From an uncultured Methanosarcinales archaeon (GTDB lineage: Archaea; Nanobdellota; Nanobdellia; Woesearchaeales; UBA12501), in NCBI GenBank assembly GCA_964343705.1, contig CAYFJX010000002.1, positions 2,873 through 26,872 on the forward strand: a stretch of 24,000 bases of DNA. Reading direction: 5' to 3'. Both the position numbers and the translations under genes were made by a program. The notes beneath the pieces are model-generated. The model searched no databases and was not told the origin of the DNA. It saw nothing but the letters and a program-made list of their open reading frames with translations. Positions 1 to 9,096 of the stretch are shown here, piece by piece; within the stretch, counting starts at the first letter, position 1; each line of letters opens with the position of its first letter.

Positions 1-75
1 TTTATGGATCTAAGATTACCTAGGTGTAGAAAGTATAAAAAGCTAACGGAAAAAATCAATGAAAGTATCTTGAAC

Positions 76-288
76 CTATCTTTTTCGTCTACGTCGTCCA
101 ACTGAGGCATGCATTGCTGCTGCTCCACGCTTAGGACCTCTTCGTGCTCGTCCGCCAAGGGTTCTTCTTCGCTTTGCAGGCACTTGTTTCTTTGTGGGTG
201 TTGAACGTGTTGCTGCTCGTCTTCGCCCACGCCTACCATGACCTTGAGGAAACCCAAAGCTTTCCAAGAACTCTTCCATAACTCCCAT
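76..288 (-). CDS. small arginine-rich basic protein (hypothetical); paralog of 302..508
   Basis: The ORF-track start at 297 is GTG. The ATG at 288 is preceded by AGGTGA (minus strand) and gives MGVMEEFLESFGF, which aligns with the MGIVHEFLEGFGF N-terminus of the upstream gene. The remainder is R/K/G/P/A-rich. The two are 13 nt apart on the same strand. Confidence 0.45.
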   Translation of the reverse strand: MGVMEEFLESFGFPQGHGRRGRRRAATRSTPTKKQVPAKRRRTLGGRARRGPKRGAAAMHASVGRRRRKR

Positions 289-301
289 GCTACTCACCTG
301 T

Positions 302-508
302 TTATGTTTTTATGATTATAACTGTTTTCTTACCGCCTCTCTTACGGCCGTGTCTTCCACCATGAGCTTTCCACTTCTTGTGCTTTTTCCAGTAAGGACA
401 ACCACAATGTGAACCTTTGCCATGACCACATTTCTTCCCATATCTTTTATGGTATCGTGGTTTTACATTAAATCCAAATCCTTCAAGGAATTCATGGACA
501 ATACCCAT
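302..508 (-). CDS. small lysine/histidine/glycine/cysteine-rich basic protein (hypothetical)
   Basis: 68-aa ORF with N-terminus MGIVHEFLEGFGF, followed by a K/H/G-rich tail containing CGHGKGSHCGCPYW. A minus-strand TATA box (CTTTTTATAG, 531-540) is centred ~27 nt upstream of the ATG, consistent with a leaderless start. Confidence 0.5.
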   Translation of the reverse strand: MGIVHEFLEGFGFNVKPRYHKRYGKKCGHGKGSHCGCPYWKKHKKWKAHGGRHGRKRGGKKTVIIIKT

Positions 509-530
509 AACAGAAACTATAGCATGTGTT

Positions 531-540
531 CTATAAAAAG
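531..540 (-). promoter_or_regulatory. TATA box for the 302..508 / 76..288 operon
   Basis: Minus strand reads CTTTTTATAG, centred ~27 nt upstream of the ATG at 508. Confidence 0.4.
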
Positions 541-562
541 GTATCGTTAAAAAAGAAGCAAG

Positions 563-2335
563 TTATTTTTCTTCTTTCACAATGTCAAGCTTGATATTAA
601 GCTCTTTCAATTGCTTTGTATCAATTGGATTGGGACTTCCATCCATGGGACATTGTGCAGCTTTGTTCTTAGGAAAAGCAATGACTTCACGAATGTCATG
701 TAAGCCAAGAAGTAATGCGACTACACGGTCAAACCCAATCCCCATTCCCCCATGTGGTGGTGCTCCAAACTTAAACGTGTTTAACAAGAACCCAAATTTT
801 TCCTCAAGATCTTTTTTTGTGAGGCCTATGACCTTCATGACACGTTCTTGAATTTCTGGTTTGTGAATCCTAATACTTCCTGAGGCAAGTTCGACACCAT
901 TTAAGACAAGGTCATATTGTGTGCAGTGAACATTTCCTGGATTGTCTTCTAAGTGTTTAATGTCGTCTTCTGCTGGCATGCAAAAGAGGTGGTGTGCTGG
1001 ATCCCATCGGTCTTCGTCTTCATTCCATTCATACAATGGAAAGTCTGTTACCCAGCAAAAATTGAATTCTTTTTCTTTTCCCTCAAGCAAGCCCAGATCT
1101 TGTGCAAGTTTCTGTCGCAACTTGTCAAGAACTGCATGAGTAGTTTTTATTCTATCTGCAATAAACATAAGTGTGCTTCCTGGTTTTGCACCAGTTGCAT
1201 CAATAAGCTCTTTTTGGACAGCGGGGCTTAAGAATTTAGCAATGCTGCTTTCCATGCCTGTTTCTGTGATCCGCGCCCATGCCATTCCTTTGACACCATT
1301 TTGTTGGCAAAAAGAAATATAATTATCCAATTCATTTCTGCTGAAGTCTTTTTCAGGAGCAAGACATTTTACCACTCCACCATTTGCAATAACATCAGTG
1401 AAGACTTTAAAGTCTGACTTTTTTACAATATCTGAAACATTAGTAAGAAAGAGTTCATACCTTAGGTCAGGTTTGTCAGTCCCATATTTTTCTACTGTTT
1501 CTTTAAACTTAAGACGGGGAAAAGGTGTGGGTAAATCAACACCTGCACAATCTTTGAAAATTGCTTTCATAACACCTTCACCAATAGTGTACAGGTCATC
1601 AAGATCAGGAAAACTCATTTCTAAGTCAATCTGAGTGTGTTCTGGTTGCCGGTCTGCACGTAGGTCTTCATCTCGGAGACATCGTGCAAGTTGAAAATAT
1701 CTGTCAAACCCACTTACCATGAGTATTTGTTTGTACAACTGAGGTGATTGTGGAAGTGCATAAAAGTTTCCAGGATTAACACGGCTTGGAACAACATAGT
1801 CTCGGGCTCCTTCAGGGGTTGACCTGACAAGAACAGGAGTTTCAATTTCTAGAAAGTTCTGTGATGTAAGAAAGCGTCGTGCTGCTTGTGCTGCTTTGTG
1901 ACGAATAGTAATATTTCGTTGCATGGTTGGTCGTCGCAAATCAAGAAACCTATATTTTAATCGTGTTTCATCACTTGCTAGGTTCCTGTCATCAACATCA
2001 ACGTCAATAGGAGATACATCTGCTTTGTTGTGAATAACAAGGTCTGCTACTTCTACTTCAACATCACCAGTGTACATTTTAGGATTTGCCATGCCCTCAG
2101 GACGAGGTCGGACTTTACCATGTACTTCTATGCAATCCTCACGCCGAAGGTGTTCAGCATCAGTAAACCCTTTACTCCCGGGTTCAAACACTGCCTGGGT
2201 AAGGCCGTAACGATCACGAAGATCTACAAAAATAACACCGCCATGATCTCTTCGCGTGTTTACCCAACCTTGAATACAAACATTTTTTCCAACGTCATCC
2301 TTGGTGAGCTGTTCGCACGTATGTGTTCGTTTCAT
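563..2335 (-). CDS. aspS: aspartyl-tRNA synthetase, bacterial-type (long form with insertion domain)
   Basis: Class II motifs are present: QSPQLYKQILMVSGFDRYFQLARCLRDEDLRADRQPEHTQIDLEMSF and GLHDIREVIAFPKN. The ~590-aa length is typical of bacterial AspRS. The track start at 2344 is TTG. The ATG at 2335 (MKRTH) lies ~28 nt downstream of a minus-strand TATA (CTTTATAAA, 2359-2367). Confidence 0.95.
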   Translation of the reverse strand: MKRTHTCEQLTKDDVGKNVCIQGWVNTRRDHGGVIFVDLRDRYGLTQAVFEPGSKGFTDAEHLRREDCIEVHGKVRPRPEGMANPKMYTGDVEVEVADLVIHNKADVSPIDVDVDDRNLASDETRLKYRFLDLRRPTMQRNITIRHKAAQAARRFLTSQNFLEIETPVLVRSTPEGARDYVVPSRVNPGNFYALPQSPQLYKQILMVSGFDRYFQLARCLRDEDLRADRQPEHTQIDLEMSFPDLDDLYTIGEGVMKAIFKDCAGVDLPTPFPRLKFKETVEKYGTDKPDLRYELFLTNVSDIVKKSDFKVFTDVIANGGVVKCLAPEKDFSRNELDNYISFCQQNGVKGMAWARITETGMESSIAKFLSPAVQKELIDATGAKPGSTLMFIADRIKTTHAVLDKLRQKLAQDLGLLEGKEKEFNFCWVTDFPLYEWNEDEDRWDPAHHLFCMPAEDDIKHLEDNPGNVHCTQYDLVLNGVELASGSIRIHKPEIQERVMKVIGLTKKDLEEKFGFLLNTFKFGAPPHGGMGIGFDRVVALLLGLHDIREVIAFPKNKAAQCPMDGSPNPIDTKQLKELNIKLDIVKEEK

Positions 2336-2412
2336 ACCTGGCAAGGCTGGTGTGATTGTTTATAAAGATTGTTATGGGACGGGGTACATACATGGAACAT
2401 AGGTACTAGAAC

Positions 2413-3003
2413 TCAGATCTTCTCTTTTAATTTTAATTCAAGAACAAGGTTTTCCACTTTTTTTAACTCATATTTTATACCATCAAACTTTCGGCGTAAA
2501 TCCCCATTACGCAGTTCAAACTGAATCAGTTCATCATACAACTGAGCAATAAATTCGCGGATAGCAACTGCATCTTGATAATTTTCTTTGATGGCACTAT
2601 TAGTTGCGCGCCTCATAAGCTCGCCAATAAGATCGCACAAACCTGCAAGATAGTTTTCAACATCAACCTGTAGCTCTTCAGCTGTTGGAAGACTTTTGTC
2701 AAACACAAAAGCCAAGTATGCTGCTGCTTCGACATATTCTTGTTCTGCTACTCGAGCAAGACCAATATGGCACAAACCTGGATTCTTTTGTATGAGTTGG
2801 CGTAGTGCTGTAATATTTGCAACAAGCTCTTTATGTGCAGCTTGTGCTCGTTTTTGGTCATTGCAGTGTACAGCCGTAATAACTGTTTTTGAGCTGCGTA
2901 TTGTTTCTCGACTTTTTTGTATTACTTCTTCTCGGCGTTCTTCAAAGCAATGTAATTGCTCACGAAGTTCTGCAAAGTCTTTTGAGTTGATCAGATTAAC
3001 CAT
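2413..3003 (-). CDS. translin-family protein
   Basis: All-helical ~196-aa protein. The segment ENYLAGLCDLIGELMRRA matches the translin/TRAX signature as I remember it. Start moved to the ATG at 3003 (MVNLINSK), which has a minus-strand TATA (GTTTTTATATC, 3025-3035) ~27 nt upstream. Confidence 0.75.
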   Translation of the reverse strand: MVNLINSKDFAELREQLHCFEERREEVIQKSRETIRSSKTVITAVHCNDQKRAQAAHKELVANITALRQLIQKNPGLCHIGLARVAEQEYVEAAAYLAFVFDKSLPTAEELQVDVENYLAGLCDLIGELMRRATNSAIKENYQDAVAIREFIAQLYDELIQFELRNGDLRRKFDGIKYELKKVENLVLELKLKEKI

Positions 3004-3024
3004 AAGAGAGCACAAGTGGGGAAA

Positions 3025-3071
3025 GATATAAAAACATATCGTTAGCATTTATAAAACAAAATATTTAAATA
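3025..3071. promoter_or_regulatory. divergent promoter region with two TATA boxes
   Basis: GTTTTTATATC on the minus strand (3025-3035) serves 2413..3003. ATATTTAAATA on the plus strand (3061-3071) serves 3095..3697. Each is ~27-29 nt from its ATG. Confidence 0.45.
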
Positions 3072-3094
3072 GCCGACATGCCATGTGATAAATA

Positions 3095-3697
3095 ATGGCA
3101 GTTGAGGAATCCACGTTTAGAGGTATTATCCATTTCTTTGCAGATTTAGGTATTTATGATGTGGTCTTACCCTTCTTGCTTGTGTTCACCATTGTGTTTG
3201 CAGTGTTGGAAAAAACCAAGATTTTTGGCATTGAAAAAATTGGTGATAAAGAATTTCCAAAAAAGAACTTAAACTCAATAGTGGCATTTGTTGCTGCATT
3301 CTTAGTGGTTGCGTCGACACGGCTTGTGGCTGCAATCAATGAGTCAATAGCAAATGTAGTGCTTCTACTCCTTGTTTCAATCAGCTTTTTGATGTTGATT
3401 GGATCGTTTTACAAAGAAGGAGAACCTGTTGCATTGGAAGGTAAGTGGCGAAACATGTTTATGATCATCATGTTCCTTGGTGTGGTGTCAATATTCTTAC
3501 AAGCAATCAAAATCGATCAACGTGGAATAATTGAGTACGTATATGATTTTATGCGAGCAAACTGGCATACTAATTTTGGTGCTTCAGTGATATTCATTAT
3601 TCTTGTTGTTATTTTTATGGTGTGGGTAACTTCTGCTCCTGAAGGAGCGCGACCAAGTGATAGTGGAAGCAGTAGTAATGATGATCACCATCATTGA
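3095..3697 (+). CDS. polytopic membrane protein, paralog 1 of 3 (hypothetical)
   Basis: 200 aa with several hydrophobic spans. The N-terminal block DVVLPFLLVFTIVFAVLEKTKIFG is shared with the next two genes. C-terminal S/D/H-rich tail. Confidence 0.7.
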   Translation: MAVEESTFRGIIHFFADLGIYDVVLPFLLVFTIVFAVLEKTKIFGIEKIGDKEFPKKNLNSIVAFVAAFLVVASTRLVAAINESIANVVLLLLVSISFLMLIGSFYKEGEPVALEGKWRNMFMIIMFLGVVSIFLQAIKIDQRGIIEYVYDFMRANWHTNFGASVIFIILVVIFMVWVTSAPEGARPSDSGSSSNDDHHH

Positions 3698-3801
3698 ACA
3701 AGCCAAGCACCTATAATCGAAAATTTTATATAGGGAACACCCTTAAAAAGACTCAGTTGGAGTAGCACATACTCCTCACAATAAAAAAAAGAGGAAAAAG
3801 C

Positions 3802-4398
3802 ATGGCATATGGATATGGTGGAGGAGGATCATTCTTTGAGCGAGGAATTCTTGCATTAGAACGAATTGGCCTTACTGATGTCTTACTGCCTTTTATGCTG
3901 GTCTTCACATTGGTGTTTGCAGTTGCTCACAAGAGCAAAATGTTTGGTGAACACAAAAAAAATGTTGAAGTTATGATTGCTCTTATTATGGGATTGGCAG
4001 TTGTCATCCCCCATGTAACTGGTGCGTACCCTCCTGGAATGGATGTGGTAAATATTATTAATCGTGCCTTACCTAATGTGTCTTTAGTTGTTATTGCAAT
4101 TCTTATGGTTATGCTGCTTATTGGATTATTTGGTGGAACTCCCCACTGGACAGGAAGCAACATCAATGGTATTATCGCACTTATCGCGTTCGTCTTAGTT
4201 GTGTACATTTTTGGTGCTGCAGCAAACTTCTGGACCATCGCTGACAAATTCTGGTTTTTGAGTGACCCGGACACGCAAGCACTCTTAGTAGTCATCCTTG
4301 TATTCGGTATCCTTGTATACTTTATCACTAAGGAAGAAGGCACAGTTGGTGAACGAAGCATGGAACAACTTGCGAACTTGTTCAAAAAATACAAGTAA
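3802..4398 (+). CDS. polytopic membrane protein, paralog 2 of 3 (hypothetical)
   Basis: 198 aa with block DVLLPFMLVFTLVFAVAHKSKMFG. A purine-rich SD (AGAGGAAAAAG) precedes the ATG. Confidence 0.7.
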   Translation: MAYGYGGGGSFFERGILALERIGLTDVLLPFMLVFTLVFAVAHKSKMFGEHKKNVEVMIALIMGLAVVIPHVTGAYPPGMDVVNIINRALPNVSLVVIAILMVMLLIGLFGGTPHWTGSNINGIIALIAFVLVVYIFGAAANFWTIADKFWFLSDPDTQALLVVILVFGILVYFITKEEGTVGERSMEQLANLFKKYK

Positions 4399-4429
4399 AC
4401 AAAGTAAATAGAATAAAACGAGCTCTACA

Positions 4430-5029
4430 ATGGTCACGCTCTTACAATCAGGGATATTAGAAGCGATTCTACCTATTTTCTCTTTACTATTTGTTATGGC
4501 AGTGGTCTTTGGGGTACTGTCAGTTACAAAGCTATTTGGAGATAACAAAGGATTGCATGCTCTTCTTGCGTTTATCTTAGGTATTATGGTGTTACTCGTA
4601 CCACGAGTAACCGACCTCATAGCAACCATGATGCCTTGGTTTACCTTCTTTTTCATATTTGTAATCTTCTTACTTATTACCTACAAAATTTTTGGAGCTA
4701 CGGACGCGGATATTGCTGGTGTGCTCAAGGCAGACCGAACTATTGGATGGATAATCTTGATTATCTGTTTGATTATTGGTGCTGGTGCAGCTGCAAAAGT
4801 GTATGGGCAAACCCTACTTGATGAAGGGAGAAGCGGAGAAACAGTAGATAGAGTAATAGGTCCTGATGGAACCGAGTTAGAAGTAGTACAAGGCCCAGGA
4901 AGCAGTGCTAGTGGTGATTACGCAAGCAATGTACGAGCTGCGATATTTCACCCTAAAATTCTTGGCTTTGGCCTGTTAATGCTTATTGCTGTGCTTGCCA
5001 TGTCTGTTATGGCTATGGAGCCTAGGTAA
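4430..5029 (+). CDS. polytopic membrane protein, paralog 3 of 3 (hypothetical)
   Basis: 199 aa with block EAILPIFSLLFVMAVVFGVLSVTKLFG. It has a soluble loop (DEGRSGETVDRVIGPDGTELEVVQGPGSS) and a final TM span. Confidence 0.7.
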   Translation: MVTLLQSGILEAILPIFSLLFVMAVVFGVLSVTKLFGDNKGLHALLAFILGIMVLLVPRVTDLIATMMPWFTFFFIFVIFLLITYKIFGATDADIAGVLKADRTIGWIILIICLIIGAGAAAKVYGQTLLDEGRSGETVDRVIGPDGTELEVVQGPGSSASGDYASNVRAAIFHPKILGFGLLMLIAVLAMSVMAMEPR

Positions 5030-5068
5030 CTAATTATTGGACTAATTTTCTATTAGAAAGTAAAAGAA

Positions 5069-5086
5069 GTAAAAACAAAAAAAATC
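5069..5086 (-). terminator. oligo-T terminator for 5090..5947
   Basis: Minus strand reads GATTTTTTTTGTTTTTAC directly after the stop codon. Archaeal termination typically uses T-runs. Confidence 0.4.
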
Positions 5087-5089
5087 AAA

Positions 5090-5947
5090 CTATTTCTTCG
5101 CTCGGCCAGTTGCCTTAGGAGCAGCACCTTTCATTGTCTGTGTAATTCTAGACAGTTCATGCACATTCTCCATGAACCCAGGAAGAATCTTTTGAAATAC
5201 TTGCTCAAGTGCTTTAATCTCAGTGCTTACATTGGTTAAACCCTTGTCATAATCACTAATTTTGCCTAGGACACCTTCATGGAGTTTGTCAACAGTTTTA
5301 TTCAATTCTTCAATTTGTTGTTCCATTTTTGCTGTCTTGGTTTCAATCGCGTCTTTCCATTCAATAATGTGATTCACACTTTCCATGAGTTCTGCCCATT
5401 TCTCTTCAATAATTGCTTCTGCAACTTCGTGAATACGGGCTTCTCCTGGACTAATATCTTCTGACATTGGTGCGCTTGGACCTGGTTCTGGACCGCCTTG
5501 CATGCCTGCTTGCATTCCTTGTGGCATTCCTCCTGCTGCTGGAGGTGGACTACCTGGGCCACCCTGGCCACCTGGCATTGGAGCTCCTCCTGCTGGGCCT
5601 CCTGGCATAGGACTTCCGCCAGGACCACCCGGGCCTGCTTGCACAGGTGCTGGGTGTACACCAACTTTTATGTCTGCCTGATTAAAGGCATTGTTTATCT
5701 GATCAATACTATAACCAAATCGTTGCAAATTTTGTATGATTTGATTATTACTAAGTCCTTGATTACGCATGTTAACCACATGCTGGATTGGTATATCTTG
5801 TGGATTGGGCATTTTTTGACCTCCTTGAGTATCTTGTTGTAATGATTGTAGTGCCTGAATTGAATCTGGCGATGAGGGATCACCTGGATCTGTTTCAGGA
5901 TAGCCTGCTGGTTTTTTGGGTGATAATAACCGTTTTAATAATGCCAT
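5090..5947 (-). CDS. coiled-coil protein with P/G/M/Q-rich low-complexity linker (hypothetical; possible pilus/archaellum accessory protein)
   Basis: 285 aa in three parts: an N-terminal small helical module (GLSNNQIIQNLQRFGYSIDQINNAFNQA), a ~70-aa PGGPGG/MPGG linker, and a C-terminal heptad-like coiled coil. SD GAGGAAC lies upstream. It sits next to the ATPase locus. Confidence 0.7.
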   Translation of the reverse strand: MALLKRLLSPKKPAGYPETDPGDPSSPDSIQALQSLQQDTQGGQKMPNPQDIPIQHVVNMRNQGLSNNQIIQNLQRFGYSIDQINNAFNQADIKVGVHPAPVQAGPGGPGGSPMPGGPAGGAPMPGGQGGPGSPPPAAGGMPQGMQAGMQGGPEPGPSAPMSEDISPGEARIHEVAEAIIEEKWAELMESVNHIIEWKDAIETKTAKMEQQIEELNKTVDKLHEGVLGKISDYDKGLTNVSTEIKALEQVFQKILPGFMENVHELSRITQTMKGAAPKATGRAKK

Positions 5948-5988
5948 ACTAGTTCCTCGACCTGTTATACTTTATAATGTTATATATT

Positions 5989-6525
5989 TTAGTGAATAGG
6001 AAGATTAGATGCTGTACCTGCATGTTGAGCTTGTTGTAATTCTTCAACACGAGCAAGAAGCTTGTCAAACTCTGCCCGAGTCACAAAATTCATAGGCTCC
6101 CACAAGTTAAGGTAATGCTGCATAGTCTGCACTTCATCACTTTTTGCGCAGTCTTTGAGTTCTTTAACAATAATTTTTACTTTGTCACGCAAATCAACAA
6201 ATTCAGTGCGGTAGTCTGAAAGTTCCTCTCCAAGGGCTTTTGTTTCCTTATTAGAGCCTTTACTCATCTTAAGGATGCTCTTATCACTAAGCTGTACTTT
6301 TTTTCGTAGATTAGTATATCGTTCTTCAAGCACCATAAGACGCCTTCCAAGATTAGAAAAATCTTTAGCAAGAGCTGATAAATCTTCATTTGTACCTGCT
6401 GCTGGCGCAGGCGTGTCTTTTTTACCAAAGAAACTAGGATGTTCTTTTTTAGGTTCATGCGCCTCTGCTGGCTTCTTATCACGGCCATCATGACCAGCTC
6501 CTGGCATTACAGCATTATGTTGCAT
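5989..6525 (-). CDS. coiled-coil protein (hypothetical)
   Basis: 178 aa with a charged N-terminus and then a long coiled coil (LMVLEERYTNLRKKVQLSDK...VDLRDKVKIIVKELK). SD AGAGGGG precedes the ATG. Divergent from the ATPase gene. Confidence 0.65.
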   Translation of the reverse strand: MQHNAVMPGAGHDGRDKKPAEAHEPKKEHPSFFGKKDTPAPAAGTNEDLSALAKDFSNLGRRLMVLEERYTNLRKKVQLSDKSILKMSKGSNKETKALGEELSDYRTEFVDLRDKVKIIVKELKDCAKSDEVQTMQHYLNLWEPMNFVTRAEFDKLLARVEELQQAQHAGTASNLPIH

Positions 6526-6717
6526 AGTACCCCTCTTTTATGGTATTGTACCCTATGTGCCCTTCCCCCTTAGTTAGTGTGAGGCATGGGTTTTTTGTTG
6601 ATGGAGTTTGAAAATATTTATAAATCCACTTTGTTTTAGAGTATCTGACTAGATATACGAGTAGTAAACTCTTATATAAAGTTTGTTCAAAAAAAGAGTA
6701 GAAGGTAAGAACCCATC

Positions 6718-9000
6718 ATGGTAAAAGAGGTCTGGAAGCACGATATTCTACGGGAAGGAGAAGAGGTTATAGTACGATTTGACTGTTCTCACATGCTACG
6801 AACACCGTCAATAGAAGATGACGCGTTATTCATGAATAAAACAATTGAAGTACTTGCTGAAGCTGGAAATGCTACCAAAATTGTATTTTTCCAAAAACGA
6901 GATTTTGAATATGATTTTAACCAAACCCAAATCTTGCTTGAGATTGCACGATTGTTTAACACCCTGGTAAAACAAAAAGAACACTTTAGTCTTGAAGCTC
7001 TAAGCCTAGGAGGTAAAGGAAAGAAAAACATTGATGGAAGATACAACACCATTCATGGCACTATTTTTCGCATGATAAAAGAAGATCCAGTTGGTTGTTA
7101 CATTGAACTTAATCGACTGGTCCGAGTTGAACGTATTAATCTTGACAAGACCCCTGAGGGTGTGGAGGCTGAATGTGTTAAAAAATACATTGCATTACTA
7201 CGATTTATTGCTAAACAACTTGAACAAACTAAATTAATGATACTTGCACTTCCTCATCTTGCAGGGGTGCGTGTGGGTCGTCGAGATGTGTATCGAGAAA
7301 TTTTCAGGCCAGTTATTAAACCAGATTTTATGTTCACCAAACTCATGTCACAATTCCCTCATGATGGAGAAGAGATTGACAGCTACACTATTGGTGATGA
7401 GGAAATTGAAGTTACTATTTTCAAGTTTCCTGAGTCAGTCAAGTATTTGTATCACCTTATGCCTCCGGAGTTCAAATTAAACGAGGATGAGTATGACTTA
7501 CTTGACACTGCACGACGTGTTATGGCAGAACACAAACCTAAGAAGGAAGAGTTTGTAAATCCTCAACGAATGAGGGAAGTCTTCTTCCATGTTGGTCGAG
7601 ATCTTATTGAAGAACTTGCCAACTTCAAAAATCTTAAAATTACTGCAAAAAAAGTTGAGATGCTCACCAAAATTCTTGTACGGTACACTGTTGGTTTTGG
7701 TTTAATTGAAGTCCTTCTTAATGATCCTAAAATTCAAGACGTGTCAGTGAACAGCCCCTATGGTAAAATTCCAATTTTTCTAGTGCACGCTGACTACGCA
7801 GATTGTGATAGCAATATTATTCCAACACAAAACGAAGCAGAAAGTTGGGCGTCAAAACTACGGATGATCTCAGGTAGGCCTTTAGATGAAGCTAACCCCA
7901 TTCTTGATACAGAGTTAGATCTTGGATTTGCAACAGCCCGTATCTCAGTCATTTCTAAACCCCTTGACCCTACCGGACTTGCATATTCATTTAGGCGACA
8001 TAGGAACAAACCATGGACACTGCCATTGTTTATTAAATACAAGATGATCAATCCAATGGGTGCAGGGTTGCTAAGTTTCATTATTGATGGAACTCGGACA
8101 ATGCTTATTGCTGGAACACGAAGTAGTGGAAAATCCAGTTTTCTAACAGGTTTATTGATTGAAATTATGAGACGATACAGAATTATTACTGTTGAAGACA
8201 CACTGGAATTGCCTGTTGAAGCTATGCGTGATTTGGGTTTTAATATTCAAGGTTTAAAAGTTGCTTCTGGCCTTGCAAAGGGAACATCTGAAATGAGTGC
8301 TGCTGATGGGATTAGAAGTACGCTGCGTCTTGGAGACTCTTCTTTGATTGTAGGAGAAGTACGAAGTAAAGAAGCATTGGCATTGTATGAAGCTATGCGT
8401 GTTGGAGCAGCAGCTAACGTTGTTGCTGGAACAATTCATGGGGATAGCCCGTATGGTATTTTCGACAGGGTTGTAAATGATATTGGTGTTCCAAAAACTT
8501 CTTTCAAAGCAACTGACATAATCATAATTGCAAACCCTATTCGGAGCGCTGATGGTATCCACCGATTTAGAAGGGTAACTCAAATCACGGAAGTGAGAAA
8601 AACATGGGAAGATGATCCTATGTTAGAGAATGGGTTTGTTGACTTGATGAAATATGACAGTACTGCTGACGAGCTACAAGTAAGTGATGATTTGATTAAT
8701 GGTGAAAGTGAGATTTTGAAGGGCATTGCAGCTAATATTCCTGAATTTGTAGGAAACTGGGACGCGCTTTGGGAAAACATTGAGCTTCGAGCAAAATGTA
8801 AGGAAACACAAATGTTGTATGCAGAAAAAGCTGGTGATCCAGAACTTATGGAAGCTCCATTTACTATTTTGTGCAATGATCGAATGCATGTACTAACTGA
8901 TAAAGTAAAACAAGACGTCGGAAGTATGGATAGCAAACTTATTTTTACTGAGTGGGAAACTTGGTTAAAACGAACCATAAAAAAGCATATGATGACGTAG
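6718..9000 (+). CDS. type IV pilus/archaellum-type secretion ATPase (FlaI/PilB/VirB11 superfamily), long form
   Basis: Walker A is GTRSSGKSSF. A Walker B/Asp-box-like motif is SSLIVGEVRSKEALALYEAMRVGA. A His-box-like motif is GTIHGDSP. A ~330-aa N-terminal extension precedes the core. Confidence 0.9.
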   Translation: MVKEVWKHDILREGEEVIVRFDCSHMLRTPSIEDDALFMNKTIEVLAEAGNATKIVFFQKRDFEYDFNQTQILLEIARLFNTLVKQKEHFSLEALSLGGKGKKNIDGRYNTIHGTIFRMIKEDPVGCYIELNRLVRVERINLDKTPEGVEAECVKKYIALLRFIAKQLEQTKLMILALPHLAGVRVGRRDVYREIFRPVIKPDFMFTKLMSQFPHDGEEIDSYTIGDEEIEVTIFKFPESVKYLYHLMPPEFKLNEDEYDLLDTARRVMAEHKPKKEEFVNPQRMREVFFHVGRDLIEELANFKNLKITAKKVEMLTKILVRYTVGFGLIEVLLNDPKIQDVSVNSPYGKIPIFLVHADYADCDSNIIPTQNEAESWASKLRMISGRPLDEANPILDTELDLGFATARISVISKPLDPTGLAYSFRRHRNKPWTLPLFIKYKMINPMGAGLLSFIIDGTRTMLIAGTRSSGKSSFLTGLLIEIMRRYRIITVEDTLELPVEAMRDLGFNIQGLKVASGLAKGTSEMSAADGIRSTLRLGDSSLIVGEVRSKEALALYEAMRVGAAANVVAGTIHGDSPYGIFDRVVNDIGVPKTSFKATDIIIIANPIRSADGIHRFRRVTQITEVRKTWEDDPMLENGFVDLMKYDSTADELQVSDDLINGESEILKGIAANIPEFVGNWDALWENIELRAKCKETQMLYAEKAGDPELMEAPFTILCNDRMHVLTDKVKQDVGSMDSKLIFTEWETWLKRTIKKHMMT

Positions 9001-9096
9001 GGAGTAACAACCTTTTTAATGGGTAAAAACACCATATAAGGAATATATAACAAATACTCTATCAAAAAAAGAGACGTACATTAAAAGAGGGTGATC

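Noticed and set aside
5470-5650. GC-rich repetitive stretch as a possible DNA repeat or CRISPR-like feature
   Set aside because: It is the in-frame PGGPGG/MPGG low-complexity linker of the 285-aa protein. It has no spacer/repeat periodicity. No CRISPR array exists anywhere in the window.
8580-9065. Long antisense ORFs (8580..9065, 3927..4394, 4285..4656, 21453..21920, 20047..20487, 7794..8201, 2030..2365 and similar)
   Set aside because: These are shadow ORFs opposite well-supported genes (ATPase, membrane paralogs, pyrG/HIT, aspS). Such ORFs are common in AT-rich sequence with few stop codons on the antisense frame, and they show no motifs.
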